Notes under the pieces: generated by a model | The model's database searches: none | Seen by the model: only the letters and a program-made list of their open reading frames with translations | What the model was told of the DNA's origin: nothing | From: a virus | Taxonomy: Duplodnaviria; Heunggongvirae; Uroviricota; Caudoviricetes | Reading direction: 5' to 3' (one strand) | Virus record (IMG/VR): IMGVR_UViG_2706794686_000017 | DNA length: 40,805 nt | Shown: piece after piece, positions 28,987 to 39,569 of the stretch | Layout: each line of letters opens with the position of its first letter | Position numbering within the stretch: position 1 is the stretch's first letter | Position numbers and translations under genes: made by a program

Positions 28987-29403
28987 CTATAAATACCGAA
29001 GATTTCCTTGATAAAATGCCAGTACACGTTTCATAACTTCACTCTTCCGGCACTCGCGACAGATTATGTTCTGACGCCTGTCATAGCGGCGTATTTCTCC
29101 GTCTGGTAATGACCAGATAAGGTCAGGATCAACCACAACCGTTTTTTTCACCTTTGCCCTGGATAGTTTTTTGCGGGCGTTTTTCCAATCCTTACGAGCC
29201 TGTTCAGACGGGAATAACCCATAGCCAGAGTTGTATACATCGCCACTGGCAACCAACTCTCTGGCAAGAATGCTCATCAGATATCTTGTCGCACCTGTCT
29301 TGGCCTCCAGTTGCCTTAACGTCTCGCGCCCACTCTGGCGTACCAACTCAACAACCTGCTCCTTAATTTTTTCACGCTCTTCCTGTGTAAAAACTTTTGC
29401 CAT
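28987..29403 (-). CDS. Hypothetical basic protein (138 aa)
   Basis: ATG at 29403 with GGAGG ribosome-binding site; MAKVFTQEEREKIKEQVVELVRQ... with a Lys/Arg-rich segment and one CxxC. Confidence 0.5.
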   Translation of the reverse strand: MAKVFTQEEREKIKEQVVELVRQSGRETLRQLEAKTGATRYLMSILARELVASGDVYNSGYGLFPSEQARKDWKNARKKLSRAKVKKTVVVDPDLIWSLPDGEIRRYDRRQNIICRECRKSEVMKRVLAFYQGNLRYL

Positions 29404-29418
29404 AAGCGCCTCCGGCAA

Positions 29419-30180
29419 TCACTTTTCCGACACAATACGACTGGAGGAATCGACAATCTGTCGGACAATATCCCGGTGCTTGTTCAGCTCCCGCAGCGCG
29501 GCGCAGACTCGCTCCCACTTCTGGACATGATTTTTCGCCCGACGCAGTTCGCGGTTTGCCATATGCAGCGATGGTAAAACTAGGTCATCCGCTTGCGTTT
29601 CAGTAAACGATGGCAGCGACTGCACAATGTCCGCCACAGTTTCTGTTTTAATATCTTCCTGTGTTGCCGCTTCCTGTACTGGTAACGCAACACCGGCTGG
29701 CTGAGGAAAGGCTTTACCATCAGTTTCCGCTACCGATGCAGCTTTCGGCTCTGCTGGTAAATTATCGCCCGGCATGCAGTAACGAAATTTACTGTTCTGG
29801 TTTACGCGAATCAGGCGTCCTTTGCTGATTGCCATTGCCAGCGTTGAAGCAACTTTGCGGGATGTTGTACCGAACAGCGTAGCCAGTTCATCCGCCGTTT
29901 GTGGTCCGCGTTGTTCAATCGTCGCGGTTAAATCGCACTCTGAGATTTTCACTACAGTTGCCGTGGTGGTTTCTTCCGGCAGTTCTGCCTGCATTGGCTG
30001 TTCCTGCTGAACGTTGTTATCAGCCACACGCCAGGTGTACGCGCTTTTATCAACGAAACCAGCTTTTTTCAGTTCCCATAGTTCGTTCAGCACTTCTTCA
30101 CGACTGATATCAAGTCGCGCAGCAAGTTCTATGGATGTGGCTTTTCCCATTGCTTTCAGTGCGTCAAAAACAGTCTCCAT
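29419..30180 (-). CDS. YdaW-like phage protein with N-terminal winged-helix-like segment
   Basis: [46 protein letters not shown]...; sits immediately downstream of the DnaC-like gene, as ydaW does in Rac. Confidence 0.45.
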   Translation of the reverse strand: METVFDALKAMGKATSIELAARLDISREEVLNELWELKKAGFVDKSAYTWRVADNNVQQEQPMQAELPEETTTATVVKISECDLTATIEQRGPQTADELATLFGTTSRKVASTLAMAISKGRLIRVNQNSKFRYCMPGDNLPAEPKAASVAETDGKAFPQPAGVALPVQEAATQEDIKTETVADIVQSLPSFTETQADDLVLPSLHMANRELRRAKNHVQKWERVCAALRELNKHRDIVRQIVDSSSRIVSEK

Positions 30181-30202
30181 AAAAATTTCCTCCCGGTAAA
30201 AA

Positions 30203-30949
30203 TTACTTCTCAATTCCTGGCTGGACGACATTCGGACGCCAGCTCTCCCAGTTAAAATTCACCCATCGCCCGCCGTTCATGGTCATGCGATCCATAATCC
30301 GCTCGCCGAGCAATGTTTTCATGGCCTCATAGTTCAGGTTTGTCAGCATCCCCACGCTGCGCATCGACGCTGTCCGGCGATCAACAATCTGGTGCAGCAC
30401 CACCTGCTCGTTTTTCGTCTCGCGCTGAATGCCAATTTCATCAAGAACCAGCAGATCCACTTCGCACAGCTCCCGCAAAAATTTTTCGCCTGACTGCCCG
30501 TCGTCATAGCTGGCGTGCAGGGCGCTCATAACATCAGCCACGGTAACCACAATCACTGTCTGACCGTCTTTCAGCAGGCGATTCCCGATAGCTGCCGCTA
30601 AGTGGTTCTTCCCGGTACCAGGTTTTCCGCTGAACGCAAAATTTGTACACCCGGTCATCAGTTCATCAGCGATGGATTTCGCCTGACTCAACGCGTATCG
30701 CTGCGCTTCGTTCTGCACCTGGTAATTCGAAAACGAGCATTTGCGGTGCAATGGCTGGATGCCAGAGCGATTCAGAATTTTTTCCACCCGCAACTGACGA
30801 TTCTGACGGTTGATCTCCTCACAACGTTTCTGGCCTTCGGAAAGTTGCCACTCGCGCCACTCCGCTACCGTCTTGAATGGCGCGGTTACATGTGACGGGG
30901 CCAGTCTGCGGATACGTTCAAGAACGTCGCCTGTCGCAATATTTTTCAT
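30203..30949 (-). CDS. ydaV: DnaC-like helicase loader (replication protein)
   Basis: 248-aa ORF with Walker [10 protein letters not shown] and Walker [10 protein letters not shown]. Confidence 0.8.
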   Translation of the reverse strand: MKNIATGDVLERIRRLAPSHVTAPFKTVAEWREWQLSEGQKRCEEINRQNRQLRVEKILNRSGIQPLHRKCSFSNYQVQNEAQRYALSQAKSIADELMTGCTNFAFSGKPGTGKNHLAAAIGNRLLKDGQTVIVVTVADVMSALHASYDDGQSGEKFLRELCEVDLLVLDEIGIQRETKNEQVVLHQIVDRRTASMRSVGMLTNLNYEAMKTLLGERIMDRMTMNGGRWVNFNWESWRPNVVQPGIEK

Positions 30950-30955
30950 GGTCAG

Positions 30956-31813
30956 TTACCCCCTGAAGCCTGGCGGGATCGCACTATCCGGTAACGAGAC
31001 GGTGTTAACCTGTCGGAGTAACGTCTCAGGTCGAACACCTTTCGGCGCGAACAAGCCCTGGTATTCATTGGCGATGCTGTGTCGAATCACCTGCTCAGGT
31101 GAAAAACCCTGCTGGCGGAATTTTTCCAGCTCCCGTATCGCCCCGTTAGCGCCCTGCTCCGTTCGAATCGGTTTTCGCAATGCCTGGCGAAATTCAACCC
31201 ACTCACGCCAAAGCGAGACAGAAATCCAGTTCGGCAAAGCAATATCCAGAGGGTCAAACTTTTTGACACCTCGATTCCCCCGGGGGGGATTTAGGGGGGG
31301 ATCTGTTTTTAGATCTTTATCTGTATCTTTATTAGTTGCCTTTGTGTTGACATCATGTTCAAACACCACTTCAACATCTGTTTGAACACCTGTTAAATTT
31401 CTCTCTTGTTTTGTTTGAACATCTGCTTCCTTTCTGCTTCTTCTGGCCTGAACAGATGCTTTTCCTGCGGCTGATTTTTTGGTTAATTTTTCCCTGACTG
31501 ATGCCAGATCTTCCTCAATCCGAAGATGCACCCATTCCTCGCCGTTATCGCAAAAAAACTCCTGCAAGGATGGTTCAACATCAGCCCATCGCTCGTTAGT
31601 CAGACGGGCAATTTTTGCCAGCCTGTTTTTAGGTATTGGCTTTCCTGTTTGCCAGTAATTGAACATCAGCAACAAATACGCACCATGCTCCTCTGCTGAC
31701 AAATGCATGGTGTCAGCCAGGTAATCAGCTATGTACAGTTGCATGTATGGTAATGCGGCCATAATTGCCCCGTATGATGCTGCCCGGTGGCTTAGAATAA
31801 GCACAAACAGCAT
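30956..31813 (-). CDS. ydaU: Replication initiation-like protein YdaU (DUF1376 family)
   Basis: 285-aa ORF containing PYMQLYIADYLADTMHLSAEEHGAYLLLMFNYW, upstream of the DnaC-like gene. Confidence 0.7.
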   Translation of the reverse strand: MLFVLILSHRAASYGAIMAALPYMQLYIADYLADTMHLSAEEHGAYLLLMFNYWQTGKPIPKNRLAKIARLTNERWADVEPSLQEFFCDNGEEWVHLRIEEDLASVREKLTKKSAAGKASVQARRSRKEADVQTKQERNLTGVQTDVEVVFEHDVNTKATNKDTDKDLKTDPPLNPPRGNRGVKKFDPLDIALPNWISVSLWREWVEFRQALRKPIRTEQGANGAIRELEKFRQQGFSPEQVIRHSIANEYQGLFAPKGVRPETLLRQVNTVSLPDSAIPPGFRG

Positions 31814-31825
31814 GGAAACTTTTGC

Positions 31826-32248
31826 TTAATGAACAATGACAGAATCGTCGGAAGACCCGCCGCCGCTGAAATGCGCTTTCCGGTAAACGGCTTGGACTGC
31901 ATCATCATGCGCATCAATTGCCGTACTTAACGCTTCCTGCGCCGCCAGTAATGCACGGCGTTCCAGGGTATCGAAGATGCAGAGTCGGTGACGCAGCTCG
32001 CGCGGAAGGATTGCCAGAATTGCTGGGATCAGCTTCTGAATTTTTTCTCTTTGCGTTTTCGTTTCACCTTTCAACCAACGGTGATAGATATTCTGCTGAT
32101 TATTCCAGTCCTTGCCTGGTACCAGGGGCAATTCGCCGCCCCCCTGGCGCAGATATTCTTCAGTAATGGCATTGGCTACCCATGCCTGCCCTTTTTCGGC
32201 TGCCAGGGCTAACAACACTGACTCGATGTGCTCATGCTTGATTTTCAT
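31826..32248 (-). CDS. ydaT: YdaT (cII-position protein of the Rac immunity region)
   Basis: 140-aa ORF MKIKHEHIESVLLALAAEKGQAWVANAITEEYLRQ...; start overlaps the ydaS stop. Confidence 0.75.
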   Translation of the reverse strand: MKIKHEHIESVLLALAAEKGQAWVANAITEEYLRQGGGELPLVPGKDWNNQQNIYHRWLKGETKTQREKIQKLIPAILAILPRELRHRLCIFDTLERRALLAAQEALSTAIDAHDDAVQAVYRKAHFSGGGSSDDSVIVH

Positions 32249-32499
32249 GAATCAACTCCCATCAGCTTTTTCGTAGTAGTTTTATTTCTGCCAATAGTTA
32301 AAATTACATCAGCAGAAAATAATCCGTTTGATGCATGAGCGATTTTTTCAGCGTAATTTGTTTCGCCGGTATATTCTGTGCGAGGCAATTTTCCGTTATC
32401 CATCCATTTGTAGATTGCTCTTTGGCTGACACCACAAACGTCGGCCACAACAGAAACGCGAACAGTTTTGATTACATCTTCAAGTGTTTTCTGGTTCAT
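32245..32499 (-). CDS. ydaS: Cro-like HTH regulator YdaS
   Basis: 84 aa from MNQKTLEDVIKTVRVSVVADVCGVSQRAIYKWMDNGKLPRTEY...; divergent from the repressor gene. Confidence 0.75.
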   Translation of the reverse strand: MNQKTLEDVIKTVRVSVVADVCGVSQRAIYKWMDNGKLPRTEYTGETNYAEKIAHASNGLFSADVILTIGRNKTTTKKLMGVDS

Positions 32500-32560
32500 A
32501 TCACCCTCACAATGTGAACTTTGAGTACATGCTATAACAGAACTGACAGTACATTCAAGA
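32500..32560. promoter_or_regulatory. Divergent promoter/operator region between ydaS and the repressor gene
   Basis: 61-bp intergenic region; AGTACAT occurs twice, 24 bp apart (32524 and 32548). Confidence 0.4.
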
Positions 32561-32998
32561 GTGAATATCATTGAACTTATGGTTCATGAAGATAAAGCGC
32601 GTAAAGAGTTCGCCAGTAGGCTTGCGCTAGCCTGTGAAAACGCTGGTTATGAACAACATGGAAGGCAGGCAGAAATTGCCCGTCGAATGAAATTAACACC
32701 AAAAGCGGTTAGCAAATGGTTTAATGGCGAAACAATTCCTCGCCGAGAGAAATTAAGGGAATTAGCAACACTCATTGGAACAACACCAACCTATCTTTTG
32801 GGAGAGGATACAGAAGAAAGTGGACAGGTACGTTTCTATCAGGAGTTAAATCCAAGACAAAAAATCATCATTGACCTTCTGGACGAGCTCCCTGACAGTG
32901 AGACAGATGAACTTTTAAAAACTCTTGAGGAGAAAAAACAGAAGTACAATGCAATTTACGAAGAGCTAGCACGAAAGAAAAAACAAAAAGCCTCTTAA
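32561..32998 (+). CDS. racR: Prophage repressor (RacR-like, XRE-type HTH)
   Basis: N-terminal HTH (QAEIARRMKLTPKAVSKWFNGETIP), acidic C-terminus; GTG at 32561 or ATG at 32579; synteny racR-ydaG-ydaF-sieB-kilR. Confidence 0.6.
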   Translation: MNIIELMVHEDKARKEFASRLALACENAGYEQHGRQAEIARRMKLTPKAVSKWFNGETIPRREKLRELATLIGTTPTYLLGEDTEESGQVRFYQELNPRQKIIIDLLDELPDSETDELLKTLEEKKQKYNAIYEELARKKKQKAS

Positions 32999-33288
32999 AC
33001 CAGCATAAATCCGGTAGCGTCCCCCTCCGGGTTTGTGCTTCACTTTATCCCATCTCATTTTTTTACACACAAAATGTACTTATAGTACTTTACATCAATG
33101 AACACAAAGTACATTATATACCTACCAACCCACCCCGCCCCACAGAACGCAGGGCAATACTTCGAGTTACCAGGCAGTGGTCAGGGGTTAAGTAGCCAGC
33201 CCGAGGCGTATGAACATGACGGCAGGGTTCAGATTTTGCAGTGCAGCAGGTTTCAGTTCCGCCACCCGGCGTTAAGGGGAGAGATAAG

Positions 33289-33423
33289 ATGGTGCATTAC
33301 GAAGTAGTTCAGTATTTGATGGATTGTTGCGGTATCACTTACAACCAGGCTGTGCAGGCTTTACGCAGCAACGACTGGGATCTCTGGCAGGCAGAAGTCG
33401 CTATACACAGCAACAAGATGTGA
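33289..33423 (+). CDS. Small Rac protein (YdaF-like), 44 aa
   Basis: MVHYEVVQYLMDCCGITYNQAVQALRSNDWDLWQAEVAIHSNKM; position between repressor and sieB. Confidence 0.45.
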   Translation: MVHYEVVQYLMDCCGITYNQAVQALRSNDWDLWQAEVAIHSNKM

Positions 33424-33433
33424 GATTCGCAAA

Positions 33434-33589
33434 ATGCAAAAAATCGACCTCGGCAACAACGAATCCCTGGTGTGCGGCGTGTTCCCCAACCAGGATGGAA
33501 CGTTCACTGCCATGACGTATACCAAAAGCAAAACATTTAAAACCGAAACTGGTGCGCGCCGATGGTTGGAGAAGCACACAGTAAGCTAA
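33434..33589 (+). CDS. Small Rac protein (YdaG-like), 51 aa
   Basis: MQKIDLGNNESLVCGVFPNQDGTFTAMTYTKSKTFKTETGARRWLEKHTVS; stop overlaps the sieB stop (convergent). Confidence 0.45.
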   Translation: MQKIDLGNNESLVCGVFPNQDGTFTAMTYTKSKTFKTETGARRWLEKHTVS

Positions 33590-34074
33590 CGATTAAAACG
33601 TCTACTCCTGCTGTTCCAGAATAACTTCATAAAATGGGAGTATTTTTCGGTGACGAGATAATAAGAACAGTTTGCGCTATCACTCTGATGTTGAATGATG
33701 CCCTTCCGTTCTAATTTTTTCATAACCGGGTTACGGCAAGGAGAAGTGATAATAAGATTTCCTGTTTTAAGGAAATCTTTAAATACAGCGATTTCTTTCT
33801 CAGATAAACGAAGCAATACTCGTTGCTCTGGTAGTAATGAATAATGCTTTTGAATATGTGCTCGCAATCTTGAGAAGGAAATGGCGACCACGAAAGAAAA
33901 GGCAAAAACGATAATCTGAAAGAGCCAAGGTATTTCAGTATAAGCATTGAATGCGACAGTAAACTCTTTCGGTATCAGCCAGAGAGTGAGACCAAAAATG
34001 ATAATCGTATACATAAGTATTTCGAGTGGCTCGTTAGCAAAAAGTTTCAACAATGGAGTAAATACATCCAACAT
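33586..34074 (-). CDS. sieB: Superinfection exclusion protein B
   Basis: 162 aa from MLDVFTPLLKLFANEPLEILMYTIIIFGLTLWLIPKEF...; membrane protein recognised as Rac SieB. Confidence 0.85.
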   Translation of the reverse strand: MLDVFTPLLKLFANEPLEILMYTIIIFGLTLWLIPKEFTVAFNAYTEIPWLFQIIVFAFSFVVAISFSRLRAHIQKHYSLLPEQRVLLRLSEKEIAVFKDFLKTGNLIITSPCRNPVMKKLERKGIIQHQSDSANCSYYLVTEKYSHFMKLFWNSRSRRFNR

Positions 34075-34515
34075 ATCAATAACTCTCAACTGTAAGGGTA
34101 TTGAAATGTTAACACAAGCTCTCGCTGTAGGGGTATAGCCGAGACCACCGAAGCCCGGAGGTGGTGAAATAAAACCGGGCACAACACGAAGGCGCATTTC
34201 CGATATCCATAAAGAGTCGGTCTTGTCTGTTAAATTTAAATGGTGGGAGTGCGCCTCCGGTTGTAAATAACGACATTGCTGTGTGTAGTCCTGGCGGCAT
34301 CAGTTTTTTTCTTGAAGTTCGGCTGATGTCCGCCCTTTTTAAAGTGAATTTTGTGATGCGGTGAATGCGGCTAAGCGCACGTGGCACAGTTAAAAGTCAT
34401 GTTAGTCCTTATTGGTTTGGGTGGGAAAGCCGACTGTAATTGTTAACTGGTTGCAGTCACCTGGAGGCACCAGGCACCGCATCAACAAAGTTCATTTGTA
34501 AAAATGGAGATAATT

Positions 34516-34737
34516 ATGATTGCACATCACTTCGGAACTGATGAAATACCACGTCAGTGTGTGACTCCTGGCGATTATGTTCTTCATGAAGGCCGGACAT
34601 ATATTGCCTCGGCAAACAATATTAAAAAGCGAAAACTATATATTCGTAACCTGACCACAAAAACATGCATTACTGACCGCATGATTAAAGTCTTCCTCGG
34701 TCGTGATGGTTTACCTGTAAAGGCGGAGTCATGGTGA
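34516..34737 (+). CDS. kilR: Killing protein KilR (FtsZ inhibitor)
   Basis: 73 aa [73 protein letters not shown], recognised as Rac KilR. Confidence 0.9.
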   Translation: MIAHHFGTDEIPRQCVTPGDYVLHEGRTYIASANNIKKRKLYIRNLTTKTCITDRMIKVFLGRDGLPVKAESW

Positions 34738-35042
34738 TGACTNNNNNNNNNNNNNNNNNNNNNNNNNNNNNNNNNNNNNNNNNNNNNNNNNNNNNNNNNN
34801 NNNNNNNNNNNNNNNNNNNNNNNNNNNNNNNNNNNNNNNNNNNNNNNNNNNNNNNNNNNNNNNNNNNNNNNNNNNNNNNNNNNNNNNNNNNNNNNNNNNN
34901 NNNNNNNNNNNNNNNNNNNNNNNNNNNNNNNNNNNNNNNNNNNNNNNNNNNNNNNNNNNNNNNNNNNNNNNNNNNNNNNNNNNNNNNNNNNNNNNNNNNN
35001 NNNNNNNNNNNNNNNNNNNNNNNNNNNNNNNNNNNNNNNNNN

Positions 35043-35318
35043 NNGATTACCAATTATGAAGCCACTGTTGTAACTACCGATGACATTGTTCACGAGGTGA
35101 ATCTGGAAGGAAAGCGCATTGGCTACGTAATTAAAACAGAAAATAAAGAAACCCCATTCACTGTGGTTGATATCGATGGTCCATCAGGCAACGTAAAAAC
35201 ACTTGATGAAGGTGTCAAAAAAATGTGCCTGGTGCATATCGGAAAGAATCTGCCCGCAGAAAAAAAAGCCGAATTTCTGGCAACTCTAATTGCAATGAAA
35301 TTAAAAGGTGAAATCTGA
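35043..35318 (+). CDS. racC: RacC (start codon partly inside N-run 34743..35044)
   Basis: (M)ITNYEATVVTTDDIVHEVNLEGKRIGYVIKTENKETPFTVVDIDGPSGNVKTLDEGVKKMCLVHIGKNLPAEKKAEFLATLIAMKLKGEI; the preceding gene (ydaE position, ATGGTGATGACT at 34731) is masked. Confidence 0.8.
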   Translation, partial: XITNYEATVVTTDDIVHEVNLEGKRIGYVIKTENKETPFTVVDIDGPSGNVKTLDEGVKKMCLVHIGKNLPAEKKAEFLATLIAMKLKGEI

Positions 35319-35419
35319 AAGAAATAGCCTGCGTATGGCGCAGGCTATGAACAGTGTGTATCCGGCAAGATCATTCACTGAACAAAACGAATTTTAATCT
35401 GAGTTGAGGTTAAAAAACA

Positions 35420-38020
35420 ATGAGCACAAAACCACTCTTCCTGTTACGGAAAGCGAAAAAATCATCCGGTGAACCTGACGTCGTCCTGTGGGCAAGCAAC
35501 GATTTTGAATCGACCTGTGCCACTCTGGACTACCTGATCGTTAAGTCAGGTAAAAAACTGAGCAGCTATTTTAAAGCTGTTGCCACGAATTTTCCTGTCG
35601 TTAATGACCTGCCCGCTGAAGGTGAGATCGATTTTACCTGGAGTGAACGCTATCAACTCAGCAAAGACTCCATGACATGGGAACTAAAACCGGGAGCAGC
35701 ACCAGACAACGCTCACTATCAAGGCAATACCAACGTCAACGGCGAAGACATGACTGAGATTGAGGAGAATATGCTACTCCCAATTTCTGGCCAGGAACTG
35801 CCCATTCGTTGGCTTGCTCAACACGGCAGCGAAAAACCGGTAACGCACGTTTCACGCGACGGACTCCAGGCATTACACATTGCTCGGGCTGAAGAACTAC
35901 CGGCTGTTACTGCCCTGGCTGTTTCCCACAAAACCAGCCTGCTCGACCCGCTGGAAATTCGCGAACTCCACAAACTGGTTCGTGACACTGACAAAGTTTT
36001 CCCTAATCCTGGTAATTCAAACCTGGGACTGATAACTGCTTTTTTCGAAGCATACCTGAACGCTGACTACACCGATCGAGGACTGCTGACAAAAGAGTGG
36101 ATGAAGGGTAATCGTGTTTCACACATCACTCGCACGGCTTCCGGTGCTAATGCTGGCGGCGGAAACCTCACCGATCGCGGCGAAGGTTTCGTACACGATC
36201 TGACGTCACTGGCGCGGGACGTAGCCACTGGCGTACTGGCCCGTTCAATGGATCTGGACATCTATAACCTTCATCCGGCACACGCTAAACGCATTGAGGA
36301 AATTATCGCTGAAAATAAACCGCCCTTTTCTGTTTTCCGCGACAAATTCATCACCATGCCTGGCGGGCTGGATTATTCCCGCGCCATCGTGGTTGCGTCC
36401 GTAAAAGAAGCACCAATTGGGATCGAGGTCATCCCCGCGCACGTCACTGAATATCTGAACAAAGTACTGACTGAAACCGATCATGCCAACCCTGATCCGG
36501 AAATCGTGGATATTGCCTGCGGTCGCTCCTCTGCCCCGATGCCGCAGCGAGTAACAGAAGAAGGAAAACAGGATGATGAAGAAAAACCGCAACCATCTGG
36601 AACAACGGCAGTTGAACAGGGAGAGGCTGAAACAATGGAACCGGACGCAACTGAACATCATCAGGACACGCAGCCGCTGGATGCTCAGTCACAGGTAAAT
36701 TCTGTTGATGCGAAATATCAGGAACTGCGGGCAGAACTCCATGAAGCCCGGAAAAACATTCCATCAAAAAATCCTGTCGATGCCGATAAATTGCTTGCTG
36801 CATCACGTGGTGAATTTGTTGACGGAATTAGCGACCCGAACGATCCGAAATGGGTAAAGGGGATCCAGACTCGCGATTGTGTGTACCAGAACCAGCCAGA
36901 AACGGAAAAAACCAGCCCGGATATGAATCAACCTGAGCCAGTAGTGCAACAGGAACCGGAAATAGCCTGCAATGCCTGCGGCCAGACTGGCGGGGATAAC
37001 TGCCCTGACTGTGGTGCGGTGATGGGCGACGCAACATACCAGGAAACATTCGATGAAGAGAGTCAGGTTGAAGCTAAGGAAAATGATCCGGAGGAAATGG
37101 AAGGCGCTGAACATCCGCACAATGAGAATGCTGGCAGCGATCCGCATCGCGATTGCAGTGATGAAACTGGCGAAGTCGCAGATCCCGTAATCGTAGAAGA
37201 CATAGAGCCAGGTATTTATTACGGAATTTCGAATGAGAATTACCACGCGGGTCCCGGTGTCAGTAAGTCTCAGCTCGATGACATTGCTGATACTCCGGCA
37301 CTGTATTTGTGGCGTAAAAATGCCCCCGTGGACACCACAAAGACAAAAACGCTCGATTTAGGAACCGCTTTCCACTGCCGGGTACTTGAGCCGGAAGAAT
37401 TCAGTAACCGCTTTATCGTAGCACCTGAATTTAACCGCCGGACAAACTCCGGAAAAGAAGAAGAGAAAGCGTTTCTGAGGGAATGCGCAAGCACAGGAAA
37501 AACGGTTATCACTGCCGAAGAAGGCCGGAAAATTGAACTCATGTATCAGAGCGTTATGGCTTTGCCGCTGGGGCAATGGCTTGTTGAAAGCGCCGGACAC
37601 GCTGAATCATCAATTTACTGGGAAGATCCTGAAACAGCAATTTTGTGTCGGTGCCGTCCGGACAAAATTATCCCTGAATTTCACTGGATCATGGACGTGA
37701 AAACTACGGCGGATATTCAACGATTCAAAACCGCTTATTACGACTACCGCTATCACGTTCAGGATGCATTCTACAGTGACGGTTATGAAGCACAGTTTGG
37801 AGTGCAGCCAACTTTCGTTTTTCTGGTTGCCAGCACAACTATTGAATGCGGACGTTATCCGGTTGAAATTTTCATGATGGGCGAAGAAGCAAAACTGGCA
37901 GGTCAGCTGGAATATCACCGCAATCTGCGAACCCTGGCTGACTGCCTCAATACCGATGAATGGCCAGCTATTAAGACGTTATCACTGCCCCGCTGGGCTA
38001 AGGAATATGCAAATGACTAA
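35420..38020 (+). CDS. recE: Exodeoxyribonuclease VIII (RecE), full length 866 aa
   Basis: [30 protein letters not shown]... to ...[13 protein letters not shown]; recognised as Rac RecE. Confidence 0.95.
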   Translation: MSTKPLFLLRKAKKSSGEPDVVLWASNDFESTCATLDYLIVKSGKKLSSYFKAVATNFPVVNDLPAEGEIDFTWSERYQLSKDSMTWELKPGAAPDNAHYQGNTNVNGEDMTEIEENMLLPISGQELPIRWLAQHGSEKPVTHVSRDGLQALHIARAEELPAVTALAVSHKTSLLDPLEIRELHKLVRDTDKVFPNPGNSNLGLITAFFEAYLNADYTDRGLLTKEWMKGNRVSHITRTASGANAGGGNLTDRGEGFVHDLTSLARDVATGVLARSMDLDIYNLHPAHAKRIEEIIAENKPPFSVFRDKFITMPGGLDYSRAIVVASVKEAPIGIEVIPAHVTEYLNKVLTETDHANPDPEIVDIACGRSSAPMPQRVTEEGKQDDEEKPQPSGTTAVEQGEAETMEPDATEHHQDTQPLDAQSQVNSVDAKYQELRAELHEARKNIPSKNPVDADKLLAASRGEFVDGISDPNDPKWVKGIQTRDCVYQNQPETEKTSPDMNQPEPVVQQEPEIACNACGQTGGDNCPDCGAVMGDATYQETFDEESQVEAKENDPEEMEGAEHPHNENAGSDPHRDCSDETGEVADPVIVEDIEPGIYYGISNENYHAGPGVSKSQLDDIADTPALYLWRKNAPVDTTKTKTLDLGTAFHCRVLEPEEFSNRFIVAPEFNRRTNSGKEEEKAFLRECASTGKTVITAEEGRKIELMYQSVMALPLGQWLVESAGHAESSIYWEDPETAILCRCRPDKIIPEFHWIMDVKTTADIQRFKTAYYDYRYHVQDAFYSDGYEAQFGVQPTFVFLVASTTIECGRYPVEIFMMGEEAKLAGQLEYHRNLRTLADCLNTDEWPAIKTLSLPRWAKEYAND

Positions 38021-38822
38021 GCAACCACCAATCGCAAAAGCCGATCTGCAAAAAACTCAGGGAAACCGTGCACCAGCAGCAATTAAAAATAACGACGTGA
38101 TTAGTTTTATTAACCAGCCATCAATGAAAGAGCAACTGGCAGCAGCTCTTCCACGCCATATGACGGCTGAACGTATGATCCGTATCGCCACCACAGAAAT
38201 TCGTAAAGTTCCGGCGTTAGGAAACTGTGACACTATGAGTTTTGTCAGTGCAATCGTACAGTGTTCACAGCTCGGACTTGAGCCCGGTAGCGCCCTCGGT
38301 CATGCATATTTACTGCCTTTTGGTAATAAAAACGAAAAGAGCGGTAAAAAAAACGTTCAGCTAATCATTGGCTATCGCGGCATGATTGATCTGGCTCGCC
38401 GTTCAGGTCAAATCGCCAGCCTGTCAGCCCGTGTTGTCCGTGAAGGTGACGAGTTTAATTTCGAATTTGGCCTTGATGAAAAGTTAATACACCGCCCAGG
38501 AGAAAACGAAGATGCCCCTGTTACCCACGTCTATGCTGTCGCAAGACTGAAAGACGGAGGTACTCAGTTTGAAGTTATGACGCGCAAACAGATTGAGCTG
38601 GTGCGCAGCCAGAGTAAAGCTGGTAATAACGGGCCGTGGGTAACTCACTGGGAAGAAATGGCAAAGAAAACGGCTATTCGTCGCCTGTTCAAATATCTGC
38701 CCGTATCAATTGAGATCCAGCGTGCAGTATCAATGGATGAAAAGGAACCACTGACAATCGATCCTGCAGATTCCTCTGTATTAACCGGGGAATACAGTGT
38801 AATCGATAATTCAGAGGAATAA
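38013..38822 (+). CDS. recT: Recombinase RecT (single-strand annealing protein)
   Basis: [65 protein letters not shown]...; start overlaps the recE stop (ATGACTAA). Confidence 0.95.
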   Translation: MTKQPPIAKADLQKTQGNRAPAAIKNNDVISFINQPSMKEQLAAALPRHMTAERMIRIATTEIRKVPALGNCDTMSFVSAIVQCSQLGLEPGSALGHAYLLPFGNKNEKSGKKNVQLIIGYRGMIDLARRSGQIASLSARVVREGDEFNFEFGLDEKLIHRPGENEDAPVTHVYAVARLKDGGTQFEVMTRKQIELVRSQSKAGNNGPWVTHWEEMAKKTAIRRLFKYLPVSIEIQRAVSMDEKEPLTIDPADSSVLTGEYSVIDNSEE

Positions 38823-38877
38823 TTCAGCCTGGCGGTGTAATGCACCGCCAACTTGAAATATTTTTATGAGAAAAATT

Positions 38878-39027
38878 ATGAGATATGACAATGTTAAACC
38901 ATGTCCATTTTGTGGTTGTCCATCAGTAACGGTGAAAGCCATTTCAGGATATTACCGAGCGAAGTGTAACGGATGCGAATCCCGAACCGGTTATGGTGGA
39001 AGTGAAAAAGAAGCACTCGAACGATGA
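38878..39027 (+). pseudogene. ralR: Restriction alleviation protein RalR (Lar) with premature TGA after codon 49
   Basis: MRYDNVKPCPFCGCPSVTVKAISGYYRAKCNGCESRTGYGGSEKEALER then TGA; the same frame continues NKRTTGNNNGGVHV to a TAA overlapping the ydaC start, matching the 64-aa K-12 protein as recalled except W50 to stop. Confidence 0.6.
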
Positions 39028-39064
39028 AATAAACGAACCACTGGAAATAATAATGGAGGTGTTC

Positions 39065-39253
39065 ATGTATAAAATTACCGCCACTATTGAAAAGGAAGGT
39101 GGCACTCCTACTAACTGGACAAGATATTCAAAATCTAAACTAACGAAATCAGAATGCGAAAAAATGCTCTCAGGTAAAAAAGAAGCAGGCGTTTCCAGAG
39201 AGCAGAAAGTAAAACTGATAAATTTTAATTGCGAGAAACTTCAGTCCTCGTGA
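39065..39253 (+). CDS. ydaC: Rac protein YdaC
   Basis: MYKITATIEKEGGTPTNWTRYSKSKLTKSECEKMLSGKKEAGVSREQKVKLINFNCEKLQSS; directly downstream of ralR. Confidence 0.7.
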   Translation: MYKITATIEKEGGTPTNWTRYSKSKLTKSECEKMLSGKKEAGVSREQKVKLINFNCEKLQSS

Positions 39254-39352
39254 ATTGCATTGTATTCAAATTAAAACTTCATAGCTGATTATTAATAATC
39301 AACATCGGGCGTCAATTTAAGTCTAACATTGGCGCCTGCCAGAGGTGATGCG

Positions 39353-39568
39353 ATGGCACAAGTAATCTTTAATGAAGAGTGGATGGTTGAATACGGCCTG
39401 ATGCTTCGCACTGGTCTGGGGGCCAGACAAATTGAAGCATACCGCCAGAACTGTTGGGTGGAAGGCTTCCACTTCAAACGAGTATCTCCTTTAGGGAAGC
39501 CAGACAGTAAGCGAGGGATTATCTGGTATAACTATCCAAAGATAAATCAGTTTATCAAAGACTCATGA
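39353..39568 (+). CDS. xisR: Excisionase
   Basis: 71 aa [71 protein letters not shown]; immediately upstream of the integrase. Confidence 0.85.
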   Translation: MAQVIFNEEWMVEYGLMLRTGLGARQIEAYRQNCWVEGFHFKRVSPLGKPDSKRGIIWYNYPKINQFIKDS

Positions 39569-39569
39569 T

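Noticed and set aside
986-35044. Seven N-runs (986..1248, 17910..18171, 22951..23105, 23215..23255, 23858..24193, 24202..24456, 34743..35044) and the single N at 20914.
   Set aside because: These are masked or unknown bases, not biological features. They break K, the ParB-like gene, Q, the nin-region gene and ydaE/racC. The K reading frame is not preserved across its N-run, so gap lengths are unreliable, and the long ORFs in the track that span N-runs (for example 23789..25036 and 23720..24685) are artefacts.
36067-37918. Multiple minus-strand ORFs (64 to 147 aa) inside recE.
   Set aside because: They are antisense to the full-length, recognisable recE coding sequence; their compositions are low-complexity.
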